DNA of 64,000 nucleotides from Neocallimastix sp. 'constans' (GCA_050613775.1 JBODTK010000104.1:310001-374000); one strand, 5' to 3'; shown: positions 26,131 through 40,217, numbered from the stretch's first letter. A program made the numbers and translations. Notes: generated from the letters alone by a model not told the origin.

Positions 26131-27564
26131 TAATAATTTAATAATTTTAAAGTATTTTACAAATAATCCTAAATCATTCATATATGATGCATAATATTCA
26201 TCTTTATAAGAATTAATGAAAAGAGAAAAATATATTTTAATTATATGAAATGTAATTATTATTAAATTCCTGAAAAGCTTTGTTAACATTTATACTATAA
26301 ATTTATAGCAAAAAAAAATTCTTTTTTTTAAAAAATAATAAAATAAAATTAAAATAATAAATATTAATAATAATAGTTATAATAATAATAGTTATAAAAA
26401 TGATAATAAGAAGAGTATTTTAACCATTTTTTAGTATATTATAAAAATTAATGATCTCTGTTTAATAAATAATAGTTTTTTAATATATTTGTTGTAATAG
26501 TTTTTATGTATTTTAATATCAATTTATATAATTTTTTATAATAAATAATTATTAATAAAAAAAAAAAAAAAAAAAGAAAAATGTGGAGAAATATTTATTT
26601 TTGATAATGCCTGCTTCAGAATAGCCGTTAAAAGAATAATTTATAGATGGATTATGGCAAGATTCAATATAAATTTAGAAGTTGACTCCCCATTCAACTT
26701 TCAATAATAATAAAAATATTATATACTTTCATCTTATGAAATATTAATAATTTAGAATCATCTGAATAATAATTAAATATATATATATATTGATATTAAT
26801 AAATAATGCAAATTAATCAAAATTAAAACCATTTATGTACATCGCTTTTTTTCATGGTTGAAAATAACTGGTAAAAATCGAGAAATAAATTCCCATAATT
26901 TAACGAAATATTATATTATTTTATATTATAAAATTCGTATTTTTTAAAATAAAGTTCATATTACTTAATAATAAATAATAAATAATAAATAATAAATAAT
27001 AAATAATAAATAATAATAAATAATATGTATTTCTTATTTTTTTTTTAGTGATTGCATTCCTAAATTAAGAAATAAAAAATAATAAAAAAAAAATTCATAG
27101 GTTTGGATTAATTTTAATTTTTTTATTTCCATATATTTATTACTATATATTACAGTATTCTATTAATATAATATAATATTTAATTTATTATATTTATTTA
27201 ATAAATTAGAATATAATCCCCACAACATACCTTAAAATTTTTAATTGAGTTTTCTAAATATGGACAATATATATCATATATTTTAATTAATTTATAATAT
27301 TATTTATAGTATATTATATATTATATGTGCTTAACTTAAATTTTTAATATTTAAAAAATTTTATTTAAGTATATATTCTGTGTGGGGTTCGGAATTAAGA
27401 TAATTGGCTAGTGATATTATTGTACATGGAAGCTACAATTTTTCACTTTTTATAGGTTGTAAAAAATTCGAATGTAATATATAATACAATAATATTCAGA
27501 ATAGAATATAAAATAAAATTGTTTATAATATTTTATAATTTTGAATAATAATAATAATTAATCA

Positions 27565-27840
27565 AATAAATAATAAATAATAAATAATAAATAATAAATA
27601 ATAAATTATAAATAATTTAATAATAAATAATAAATAATAAATAATAAATAATAAATAATAAATAATTAATAATAAATAATAAATAATAAATAATAAATAA
27701 TAAATAATAAATAATAAATAATAAATAATAAATAATAAATAATAAATAATAAATAATAAATAATAAATAATAAATGATAAATAATAAATAATAAATAATA
27801 AATAATAAATAAATAATAAATAATAAATAATAAATAATTA
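27565..27840. repeat. Heptamer satellite (AATAAAT)n
   Basis: Visible tandem array; a shorter copy lies at ~26967-27020. Confidence 0.95.
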
Positions 27841-28533
27841 GAAGTATATAATAAATAATTAGAAGTATATAAATAAAATTAAATAAATATACAATGTAAG
27901 TATAGTATTTGAAATAATGAATTATAATAAAAATGATATAATAAAAAATAACAAATAAATGAAATTATATTAGTTATCCTTGAAATTAGGAGATTTTCAA
28001 AACTCTAAATTATAAATTTAATGTTTTTTTTATATTCAATTTTCCTTTTTAAAAGTTTTGAAAATAATTTTTTTGACATAATAATGTTATAAAGATATAT
28101 ATATTTATTATTATATTATTGTCATTAATTTTTAAAATAATTTAATTAAATATAACATATTTTAAATATTGTATTAAAATAAAAATAATTAATTTTTTAT
28201 TATTTTAAATATAAAATACACTATTCCATTTTAGATTTTTGTTTTTCAATACAAATAAAAAATAAAGCATTGCGTTTTATTAGTAATTTGTATTTATATA
28301 AATTTTATTTTATTCTAATTTTTTCAATCTGTATTTTTCTTATATTCTACTATTTATTTTATTTTTATTTTACTTAAAAAAAAGTACTTACAAAAGTAAA
28401 TGTTCTGAAAATATATATATATACTATTATAATATTAAATGGATTATCCATTCATAAATCATAAATAAAATATTGTGTAACGTAACTTTTTATTTTTATT
28501 ATTATTATTATTTTAAAAAAAAATTATGTACAA

Positions 28534-28579
<46 letters not shown>

Positions 28580-28843
28580 TAATACTAATACTTCCTTTAT
28601 TATTTTATTTGTAAGATTATTTTTTAATATATGTTTTATTATTTATTTTTAAATTTTTAATGATTTACTATTTATTCATTTTTAATTTTGGTTTTATAGC
28701 ATTTATTATTTTATTTTATTTAAAAACTTAACATCTATTCTAATCTGTTTTATTTAAATTTTAATAACTCTGATAATATATTATACAACTATTATAACAT
28801 GATTATATAACATTAATTTAAATATTATAAATAAATTAAAACT

Positions 28844-30040
28844 TAAAATTTCATAGTTTTTGAGAAATTATCCCAGATTTCATTCAATCTTCTTTTGATT
28901 TTGGGATCTTTACACATAATATAGTCAATAGTTTTTTTAGATACCTCAAATAATTGTTTCTTATTATAATTATTAATAGCTCCAAAAATTAAATATTCAT
29001 CAGATAAATCGCAATTAAAGACACCTTTATCATCAGTCTTTATAAAATTAAATATGATATTGTAATTTTTAACAAAAGATTAAAAAAAAGAAATATATAT
29101 ATATATATATATTAATTTATATGATTTTATTATAATATACTTACACAAATAGCAAATGGCTGATTATTTTTTATATAGTCAATTACTGGGTGAACATCAT
29201 AAGATTTTACTGTTTGACAAATAATGTTTGATGTCATACATGCTTCAACTGATTGGAATATTTAAATAAATGAAATTATATTAATTCAACGTATAATATA
29301 AAAATAGATATATATATTTATATATTTTATACTAATCGATAATAGATTATTAAATATATATTATTTTTATTAATTTTAATAAGATTAATTACTTGCAACA
29401 TTATTATCTTTAGCCCATTTTAAAAGATCTTCTTCTAAATAAGTACAATGACCCATTCTACTTGGTGAAACATTTACAACATCTAAATTATCTTCTCTAC
29501 TATTTGGAATTTCTGCTGTATGAATTGTAACTTTTTTTTTTTTTTTTTTTTTGTAGTGAAAAATTTAATAAAATAAATTATATAGTATAAATTATAGATT
29601 TAATACATCAAGAAATTTACTTCAATATATAATATTTATATTAAAATATAATTAATATATATATATTTTAATAAACATACCTCCAAGACCATTTTTTCGA
29701 GCAAAATCAAATGCAGGTTTTATTCTCGAGAATGAACCACCATTAGTATTTCCACACATATCAACTCCAACAATAATATCAGTTGTTTTTAATTTAATAG
29801 CTAAATTTACAGTTTCCATTGCTTGTTCTAAAGTTGATTTTCTGTCAATACTTAAAATTAATCGAACAATAATATCATCTCTTTTATTAATTTCATTAAT
29901 AACTGATAACAATGTTTGAGCATAGTTTTCTTTTGTCATCCCTTTATAAAATAAATGATTAACAATTATATTAATTAAAAAATATAAATACAAATTAAAA
30001 CGATAGATTCAAATAATTTTAATAAAAACTTTAATACATA

Positions 30041-30071
<31 letters not shown>

Positions 30072-30478
30072 CGTAATAGTACTAGTAGTACTAGTAATAC
30101 TACTACTACTATAACTGCTGTTACCATTATAAGTTTATAAAAATAAAAAATAATAGTATTATCTACCTTTTTCGATATTTTGTCTTGGAGTTGATCTTAA
30201 TTCAATATAGCGAACACCGTCTGAAGCAAATTCTTTTTTATATAAAATTTTTAATTGATAATTTACATAAATTTATTTTTAATATATAAATATATTATTA
30301 AATTTTATATTTATAAGAATTAATTATTATCAATATTTACCATTTAAAACATTTCTTGCGATATATTCAATTGACTAATATATATAATATTATATTATAA
30401 ATTAGTGAGAACATAAGAATCAAATGTAAATTATAAATTTTAAAAATTTTTTATTTAAGGTTTTTTTTACAAATTTTA

Positions 30479-30526
<48 letters not shown>

Positions 30527-31296
30527 GTTGTTGTTGTTGTTGTTGTTGTTTATTTGTTATTTGTTATTTGTTATTTTTATTATTATATATATATTTTTAA
30601 ATTCTACCTTTGTGTTGTCGGTTAATCTATATACAGTATTAAAAATAGGAAAGAAACTTTACATATTTGAAAATAATATATATATATATTAAAAATAAAT
30701 TTAATTATTTGGAATTTCAAACAATTTATTATGAAATTTATAAGTTTTAATAAAATATTTAATTATAAATTAAAATATCTACTCTTTCAATTCGAATCCT
30801 GAATTTATAGAATTTTTGACAGTAAAACCTGCTAAATCTGGCTCTTTATCTTTTCTTTGTTCAATTAAATCATTCATTACTTTTGGTGTAATAGATCCAT
30901 TTACTTTATTAATTATATAATATTATTTTTATGAAATTTAATTTTAAAATTTAATTTCGAAATTCAAAAATTTTAATAAAAATATTTAATAATTAATAAA
31001 TTTTTTATTCAATAAATGTCTTCTTACAATGAGCGTGGAGTTCCTTTTTATTTCATTTAACAATTATAATTAACATATAAAAATAATATAAAATTTCAAA
31101 TTATAATTTTAATAATTAACAAAAGAAATTTCAAATTTATAGTTGTAATTTTTAGATTCAATATAATATATATAAATATTTAAAATCAAATATTTACTAT
31201 TTTTGGTAATTTTATGCAATAATCTTTAAATTCTTCCCAGGAGCCATAGTTTTTAACAACGAAATCAGTATATTTATTTTTATCTAATCTTTCCAT
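28844..31296 (-). CDS. ADAL: Adenosine deaminase-like protein (ADAL/MAPDA, N6-methyl-AMP deaminase family), about 10 exons
   Basis: Spliced motifs LPKI|ELHAHL|NGS, EFASDGVRYIELRSTPR, VRLILSIDR, VGVDMCGN, TIHTAE, RMGH, EACMTSN, C|TDDKGVF. HAHLNGS and TDDKGVF are typical of ADAL rather than classical ADA. Confidence 0.9.
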
Positions 31297-33467
31297 TCCT
31301 CTTTTTGTTTTGTGATTTTAAAATCTTAATTTATATATTACTGCTTAATTATAATAATTATAATAATAATAATAAATATAATAAATATTATTATATATTA
31401 TATAAATATAAGAATTTCTTCATTTCTTCTGTATAAATATATTATATTTATATATATAAATATATAATATATAATTTTTTTTAATTAAATTTTCTTAATA
31501 AAAAGTTTGTAATATTGTTTATATTAAAAATTTTTAATATAAATAAAATTGAAACTTTTTTATGAATTTATAATCGAACAAAAAATTCTTGATATAGTAC
31601 TTCTGGATTTTTTTTTTTTTTTTCACTTCCTTAATATATATATGTATATATGTGGTTATAAAAATATTTTTTTATAATAACATGTAATAATAATAAAAAA
31701 ATATTATCATCAGATAATAGAAACCATTTATGTATGTTATAAATATATTTTTTAATGTTTAAAAAAAAAAGAAATAAAATTTTTCTTTTGTAAAATAGAT
31801 TATGCTTTAGAATTTATGATACAATTTATAAATAATAGTGATATTAAATGTTTTTCTGTTATTAAAACAATTTCATTATATAGTAATATTTATTATAATG
31901 TATATATCTTTATTATATAATATCAATTATTTAATATTAATTAATAGATGTATTATCATTTAATTTTAATAATTCTTTGAACATTATTTAAGATGTATTA
32001 TTATTTAAATATATTATTTAACATTAGCTAGTAAAAATATCTATTATAAAATTGCTTTTTAAAATATTAATCTTGATTTACTTTTTATGACTTAATATTA
32101 ATTATTTTATATTAATTGATGTTTAATTTACTATTAATTATTTATTGTTAATCTTTTCTAATGATTAATTACAGTTTTATATATTAATTAATTAAAATTC
32201 ATAGAAATATTATAATTAATTATTAATTAAATATTAATTAGTAGAGGTATTAAGAATCAAAAAGTTTTAAATTTAATACTATTCATTACTTATTATTACT
32301 TATTATATATTTCGGATTTTTAATTGTTATTATTATTTATCATTTAACAATTAATTATATATACATACCTTATAATATTAATAAGTTTTTCAAAATTTTT
32401 TATATTTTCTATCTATATTTATTACTAATACTTAAAACATAAGCTTTGTCATTGTCACTACTCAAAAATTAAATTTTAATTTTATTAAAATAATATAATT
32501 ATATATATAGATAAAAAATGTACATTTTATTTTTTATTAATTAATTTATTTTATTTTCTTATTTGTATATATAAACCTTATTTATATCATGGTTTTATTA
32601 ATCATATACATTAAATTTTAAACTATAGATTATTAATATATATTATTTATATTATATATATATATATTAAATAATTCTATTTTTTAATTCTATTTTAAAA
32701 TTGTTAAAAAGTTAACTCTCATTTAAAACTATTATTATTGTTATTATAATTTTGTTTTTGGATTAAATTTTTGGATATTAATATTTAAAGTAATTATATT
32801 ATTAAATTCTATTATTTATTTATTTATTTATTATTATGACTATTAATAAGAATTAATCTTTATATTTAATGATCGGAATTAAATATTATTAATTACAAAG
32901 GAATATATTTTGTATGATTTAAATATATTTAATATAAAGTATGAAAATAATAATGAAATGGAAAAAAAAAAATAAATTTATAAAATTAATGAAATAAAAT
33001 GTTTTTATTTCACATATGAATATATATTTATTAAAGAGAATTTTAATTTATTTATTTTCTATTGTTGAAATTTTTACTAAAATTATTAATATAATTATAA
33101 TAATTATTATTGTCATTATTGCTTTTGAATTATTGTTTATTTGTTAATATAAAATAACCAGAAGAAGTATTTTTATATCATATTATAATTTTAATATTTA
33201 ATAGATATTTCAAACCTATCATATTTATATAATATATTATAATTATAATATCATTTATAATTATTTTAATATAATTAAATTAAATTATTATTTTTTTTTA
33301 TTTTGGGTATTCAATGTAAAAAATTGTAAAGTTTTGTTTTATTTATGCAAATTCATTACTAAAATTATTATAAAAATTTTTAAAATATTGATTATATTGG
33401 ACAGCTTTAATACATTAATTATTAATTTACATACATATATATATAAATTTTGATTATATAAAGTAAA

Positions 33468-34812
33468 ATGGTAAGAGTATTTAGTTGAATAATTTATTAT
33501 AATATAAAATTTAATGAAATCTGATTTTGAAAAAAAAAAAAAAAAAAATAATAATAATAAAATAATAATAATATATATTATTTTAATTTAAAATTCTCAT
33601 TATTGTCATTATAATTATGAAGTCTATTGAAAATTTATCTCCTGCTGTTGTTAAAAGAATTGTTAAAGAAGTAACAGCTTTAACCCAAAAACCACCAGGT
33701 AATATTCGTAATATATAAATTAAAGAGAAATTACAATTCGAAATTAGAGAAAATAAGTATTAATAATATTAATATAAATATTTTAAATAATTAATTTATT
33801 TAATTTTTTTAAAAAAAAAAACTATTTAATAGAGGGCATATGTATGATTGAAAAAGAGGAAAATATTTGTGATATTCAGGCAATTATTAAAGGTCCAGAA
33901 GGAACTCCATATGAAGGTGGTGCATTTCAAATTAAACTAGTATTAGGAAGTGATTTTCCAATTTCACCTCCAAAAGGTTTTTTTTTTTTATTATATATAT
34001 ATATTAATTTATTTAATATTATTAAAAATAATTCGAAATTTTATATATATACATATCCATTATATTAATTGGAAATTTATATAAACAATTTTATCAATTG
34101 AAAATTTATATTAACAATTATTATCAATTGATATATATATAAATTTCGAAATTATTTATTATTAATTTTCCTACAATTACTAAATATTATTAAATTTCTA
34201 TATATTTAATAATTTCTATATATTATATTTTATTACTATTTAGGTTATTTCTTAACTAAAATATTTCACCCAAACGTTTCAAATTCCGGTGAAATTTGTG
34301 TTAATACATTGAAGAAAGATTGGAAGAAGGAACTTGGTATTGAACATATATTATTAGTAAGTATGATATGAATTAATAATGAAATATTATTAAATGATTA
34401 AATGATATAACTTTTTTTTTAATTTTTTTTTTTTTTTATATAAAAAAAATTTATTAATAATTATACAACATTATTTTTAACATTGTAGACTATAAAATGT
34501 TTACTTATTGTACCAAATCCAGAATCTGCATTAAATGAAGAAGCAGGAAAACTTCTTTTAGAAGATTATGATGAATACGCAAGACATGCTCGGCTATTTA
34601 CAAAAGTTCATGCGATTAGTACTTTACAAAAGTATAAATTATTGAAAAAGGAAAAAGAAGATCCATCAAGTTCTAAAGATAATGATACCATTTCTCATAC
34701 AAAACATACCAAAACAAAATATGATGCACAATTAAATGTTAATAAAAAAAGAGTAGCTGATAAAAAAATACAAAAGGGTAATGATAAAAAAAGAAGTTTA
34801 AGGAGATTATAA
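33468..34812 (+). CDS. UBE2S: Ubiquitin-conjugating enzyme E2 S; exons 33468-33470 (or start at ATG 33617), 33623-33698, 33833-33976, 34244-34356, 34489-34812
   Basis: [84 protein letters not shown], with the diagnostic C-terminus KKRSLRRL*. Confidence 0.95.
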
Positions 34813-34842
34813 GAATAAAATAATAATAGTAATAATATAATA

Positions 34843-34873
<31 letters not shown>

Positions 34874-36014
34874 CAAAAAATAACTATAAAATAAATGAAA
34901 ATACAGAAATATATCATATTAAAATTAAACAAACATTTTTAAGCATATTTTTAAACATATTTTTAAATAAATTTTTTGTTAAATTTTTATTAAATTAATT
35001 ATTTATTTATTTATTGAAAAAATTATAAAATTTTATATTATCATTTTGATTTTGACCATTATTTCATAATATTTCATTTATTTTAATTGCTATTTATGAA
35101 TTTTATTTATAGTAAAAGTATAGAACAAAGATAAGAATGTATAATAAATTTAATATATATATTAAAATAAAAAAAAAAAAAAAAATTTTTTTTTCATTTC
35201 ATAATAGATATATATATTTATATATTTTTATTTTTTATATTATTTTATTATTTTAATAAAATAAATAATTTATAAATAAAATTAACTAAAATTATTGGAA
35301 GATTCGAGCAAATAAAATATAACGATTGGTTAATTTATAAAAAAAATAAATATAAATTAGAAAAAAAAATAAGGAATTTGTATTCAATCTTTAAAAAAAA
35401 ATTAAAGTTAAAAATTAAAATAATAAAAAAAAAAAAAAAAGATAAATAAATTAAAAAAAAAAATTATTAATGAAATAGAAATAAAGATATATAATCATTA
35501 ATAATAAATAATAAATAGAAATAAAAAAGAGAGAATGTAATATTTAAATTTGCTTATATTTTTAAAATAAAAAAAAAAAAGAATTGAAAGAAAAAAAGGA
35601 TGAAAATATGGGGAACGAGTTTCAACAATGAAGAAACAAAATAAATTATACCAATTGTTCCTACTGAAATTATCTTTTAATTTTTTTTTTATTATTATTA
35701 TTTTATTATTAAAGAGAAAGATTAATTAATTAATAAAAGATAGTACTTTTATTTAGATATTAATCTTACGTAAATATTTGTTATGCAATTTTTTTTATAT
35801 ATATTCAATAAATGATAAATAAAATGATGTTTACGTATATTAGCTCTATCTGAAAAAAGATTGAGGACAATTTTTAAAACTGATTTATTTATCATTATAA
35901 TTTTTATGATATATATTTATTTAATTATTAATAGTTTTATTAAATTATTTTTGAAGGATTTAATATAGAAAAAGAAAATAAAAAAATTTTTTTTATCTTA
36001 TTATTATTCAATAA

Positions 36015-38321
36015 TTATGAATTTGTTCTTTTGTTATTTATAAATTGAAGAATTTTTTTAGTTAAAGAAGGTTTATTTAATTCTATTGATAAAGATAATG
36101 CTGTATTGTTATGAATATCTTTTATATTAATATCGATATCTGGTCGTGATAATAATTGATCTGCTAAATCGTTAGAGTATTTACTTTCCACAGCAAGTAA
36201 TAGGGCTGATTTATGATATTTGTCCGTATGATTAATATCTATTGTTTCGATATTAATTATTTTTTTAACCATATCAATACTATCTGTAGTTACAGCAAGT
36301 TGTAATAAGTTTTGTTGGCTATCATTAATAACATTTAAATTAATGTCATTACGGTTCAATAATATATTGAAACTCTTATAGAAATTGTGTTCTATAGTAT
36401 ACATAATAGCTGTGTAGTTATAATTATCTTGAATATTTATATCTGCATTATTTTCAAGCAGTAAATTAATGACGTTGGCGTTATCATTAAGTGAAGCGCA
36501 TATTAAACTGGTTCTTCCTTCACTATCTCTATTATTAATGAGAATATCTTTATGATGAACTAATGCTTCCACGATAGAAAGTAAGTTATGTTCAGCTGCA
36601 TAATTGAGAGGTATTCGTTTATAACGGTCATTTTTATTTACAATAAGATCTGGTCTTTTTAGTAATAATTTTACTGATTCTTCATCTTCATTTTCAATTG
36701 CCACCATTAAAGGTGTACGTCCTCTATCATCAATTTTATTAATATCTAACGTTGGTAATGTAAGTATTTCATTTAAGATCTCCTTATCAGCATACTTAAT
36801 AGCCATATTTATTGGTGATTCCTTCGTATTAAAATTTTTATTTACATTGAGTTCAACACCTTTACTAATAAGATAAGTTATTATTCCAGTACAACTATGG
36901 TTTATAATATAAAATAATAGATTTCTTCCCTTTTTGTCTTTAGCGGATAGATCAATATTTGGAAAATCAATAATTTTTTTTATGATTTCTTTTGGTATTG
37001 AAAATTTAATTGCTTTCATGAGGTGAGATACACCGTTGTTATCTCTGAGATTAATATTAATATTTCTGAAATTTAATAGTTCTTCAATAGCTTCAATTCG
37101 TTGATATTCTATAGCTAGTGCTAATGCAGTCTCTCCAAACACATTTGTTAAATTGACAATGATCATAGGCTGTTTTAACAGAAATCTTGTCAGTTCAATA
37201 TTATCGGATTCAATACTTTGCATCAAAATGGTTTCTCCGTAGCTATCTTGAGCATTAAAATCAATAAAAGGTCGATTTAGAACCAATTGTGTAATGGGAC
37301 TACTCATATCTGCATTAAAAAGTTTATGGATGATGGACCGTCCATAGCCATCTTTTGAATTAATATCATAAGCAGGATGATTTAAAATTTTTTCTAGTAA
37401 AGTTTTATTTCTAATGGAAGTAAAGATATATTCCAATGGAAACATATTTCGATTACTATAGAAATGATTTAAACTAATATTAGTATACTTTAAATATTTT
37501 TCAATTAGATCCACATCAAATATTTCACAAACATGAAGAAAGATACTTGAATTTATTATGTATTCATATTCTTCCCTTTTTGATATGAATAAATTATGTA
37601 TTTCTTTGTAGTTTTCTTTCTTTGAAAATAAATAAATATTAATCAAAAAATTATTGACATAGAAATATTGGAATTTTACAATTTCCATCATTTTTTTATA
37701 TTCATTATAGGTATGATGAATTTCCAGTGATTTTTTTTTTAATAAAAGTTCTTCTTTATCAGGTAAATTTTGTAATTCACTAATATTATTAATAATATCT
37801 TCACAACTGCATATACTATGCATGGATTCAGAATTTGAAAAAAAAGATAGCTGTCTTTCTTTTGATTTTCCGTGTAAAAAACAATTTCGTATATCTGTTA
37901 TATTTTTTAATACAGATGTAATTATATTTATTTTCATATCATTCGTAATGAAATTAAAATCCATTTCTTCCAACATTACAAAGTTGTATATATAATCATT
38001 TTGAAATTTTTCATTAGAAAAAAATTTCCGAAATAAATTTTCTATGGAAAAAATAGCATTTATTAATTGTTTATTATTTAACCATTTTTTATTAACATTC
38101 ATCGCTAATTCTTTTAAAATTAATGTTATTCCTTTTGTTTTTTTTTTACCATGATCTAATCTATTTTGATACTTTTTTAAATCCTTTATATTTAATGGTA
38201 AAATTTCTAATAACCCTTTATAGTTATTTATTGTATCCGTACATATATTTAAAATAGAATTTTGAAACTGTTCAAACGGTTTTATTTGTATTGAAGGATA
38301 ATTAATTTCTATACTACTCAT
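36015..38321 (-). CDS. Intronless ankyrin-repeat protein, 768 aa
   Basis: A dozen or more ank repeats in the C-terminal ~60% (e.g. GRTPLMVAIENEDEESVKLLL, GRTSLICASLNDNANVINLLLENNADINIQD); unrecognised helical N-terminal region. Confidence 0.92.
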   Translation of the reverse strand: MSSIEINYPSIQIKPFEQFQNSILNICTDTINNYKGLLEILPLNIKDLKKYQNRLDHGKKKTKGITLILKELAMNVNKKWLNNKQLINAIFSIENLFRKFFSNEKFQNDYIYNFVMLEEMDFNFITNDMKINIITSVLKNITDIRNCFLHGKSKERQLSFFSNSESMHSICSCEDIINNISELQNLPDKEELLLKKKSLEIHHTYNEYKKMMEIVKFQYFYVNNFLINIYLFSKKENYKEIHNLFISKREEYEYIINSSIFLHVCEIFDVDLIEKYLKYTNISLNHFYSNRNMFPLEYIFTSIRNKTLLEKILNHPAYDINSKDGYGRSIIHKLFNADMSSPITQLVLNRPFIDFNAQDSYGETILMQSIESDNIELTRFLLKQPMIIVNLTNVFGETALALAIEYQRIEAIEELLNFRNININLRDNNGVSHLMKAIKFSIPKEIIKKIIDFPNIDLSAKDKKGRNLLFYIINHSCTGIITYLISKGVELNVNKNFNTKESPINMAIKYADKEILNEILTLPTLDINKIDDRGRTPLMVAIENEDEESVKLLLKRPDLIVNKNDRYKRIPLNYAAEHNLLSIVEALVHHKDILINNRDSEGRTSLICASLNDNANVINLLLENNADINIQDNYNYTAIMYTIEHNFYKSFNILLNRNDINLNVINDSQQNLLQLAVTTDSIDMVKKIINIETIDINHTDKYHKSALLLAVESKYSNDLADQLLSRPDIDINIKDIHNNTALSLSIELNKPSLTKKILQFINNKRTNS

Positions 38322-38486
38322 TTTCTAAATATTTTAATATTTTATCTACTTATTGATTTATTATTAGTAATATTATTATTAATATTATTATTATTATTAC
38401 AATTATTTACAATTTTTATCCTTTCTTTTTTTTTTTAATTTACAGAATTTTTCTTTTGACTCTCTAATAAATTATTCTTCACTACA

Positions 38487-38526
<40 letters not shown>

Positions 38527-39066
38527 GGGTATTAATATATATATAATAATTATATATATATAAAAAATTTTTTTACGGGTATTAATTTATATATAATAAT
38601 TATATATATTATAATTTAATTAATAAAAAATTTTATAATGAAAATTTTAAATTTATTATAATTCAAATTTTTATAAATTTTTTAAAAAAATTTTTTTTTT
38701 TATTTATAAAAATAATATTTATTTTATTATTATATTTTATTTTTATCCTTTATTTTTATTTTATTTTATTTTATCTTTTTTTTTTTTTTAAATTAAAATT
38801 TAATAAAAATTTTTATATAACCTTTTATTTATTATAAGTATATATCTATATTTTTAGAAAGAATGTTTTTTATCTATATATTTTTAATATATATATATAT
38901 ATATATATGATATTCATATTTTTTTAAATTTCATTTTTTTAATATAATATATAATTATTAATAAAAAAGATACATATTTCATATTAATAAAATATTTTTT
39001 TCTATTAAAATATGTTATTAAGAATCTTCTTAGTCATTTAATTTAGGTAACGGCATATCAGTGTCG

Positions 39067-39114
<48 letters not shown>

Positions 39115-39452
39115 ATTTAACTTTATTCAATAAATAAATTTTGGGATTAAAAGAAAATTATTTATTTTATATTTTATACTTTTGTAAATTAAAAAAAAAA
39201 AATAATAATAATAAAAGAATAGTAATAATAAAAGATATAATATTAAAAAAAAAATTTAAAATAATAAAAAGTTTCTATTTTTTTAATTTAAAATATAGTT
39301 TTTATGTATAGATATAATATAAAAAAATTTTTTTTTTTTTTGAAGACAACTTTATATATCAGATAGGTAAATCTGTTGATAAGATAAAATGTGAATATAT
39401 TATAAATTAATAGAATATTGAATTTTAAATTAATTGAAAATAATTTTATTAC

Positions 39453-39496
<44 letters not shown>

Positions 39497-40173
39497 TATA
39501 TAATTTATAATTTTAATTTAAAGCAAAAATTATTTTGCTCTGGAGCATCATCCCTTCATCATAAGAACATATGGAAAATAAGGATAATATGATAGTAAAT
39601 ATCCTTTGTATCCAAACATAATCAGATAATGGTTAGGGGTCAGGTATTGTTCTAGGAATAATTTTATTTTTCTAGTACCTCTCAGAACAATTTAAAAAAA
39701 AATATTTTATGAAAGATCATAATTTGACAATTAGTCAAACATTCAGCTTAAAAAATTTTAATATATATGTATATATATAAAATAGGTCTATTATAATTAT
39801 TATTAATCACAAAAGTTTAATTAGTATTATCATTTTATAAATTTACAAAATTCATATTAGATAAAAAATTTAAAATTTTAATTAGTAAATTGTTCATAAT
39901 AGAGATATTTCCTTTCTAAAAATTTTCAATTTAGAATATGTAGAATATAGGTGGTAATATTTAAAATTACAAGTTGGACTATTTTTAATTTCTCTCTTTT
40001 AATAAAGAGAAGATATCATCATATTTTTATTTCCATTATTATTATTATTATAGATATGTTTTATACCATTTTTTACTTTATTAAGAAATGAATGAAAATG
40101 AAAAATTTTTATTTTTTTTAAAAAAAAAATAAAATAAAAATAAATTAAAATTGGTAATAATTTTTGAATAATA

Positions 40174-40217
<44 letters not shown>

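Noticed and set aside
25396..26289. 297-aa hydrophobic ORF, and similar ORFs at 60-329, 21972, 40451-41037, 49780-50214, 59732 and 60336
   Set aside because: Translations of stop-free microsatellite or heptamer arrays and poly(T); no protein-like complexity.
27218..27387. Short inverted pair CCCCACA / TGTGGGG suggesting a MITE
   Set aside because: Only 7 bp of complementarity and no target-site duplication evident.
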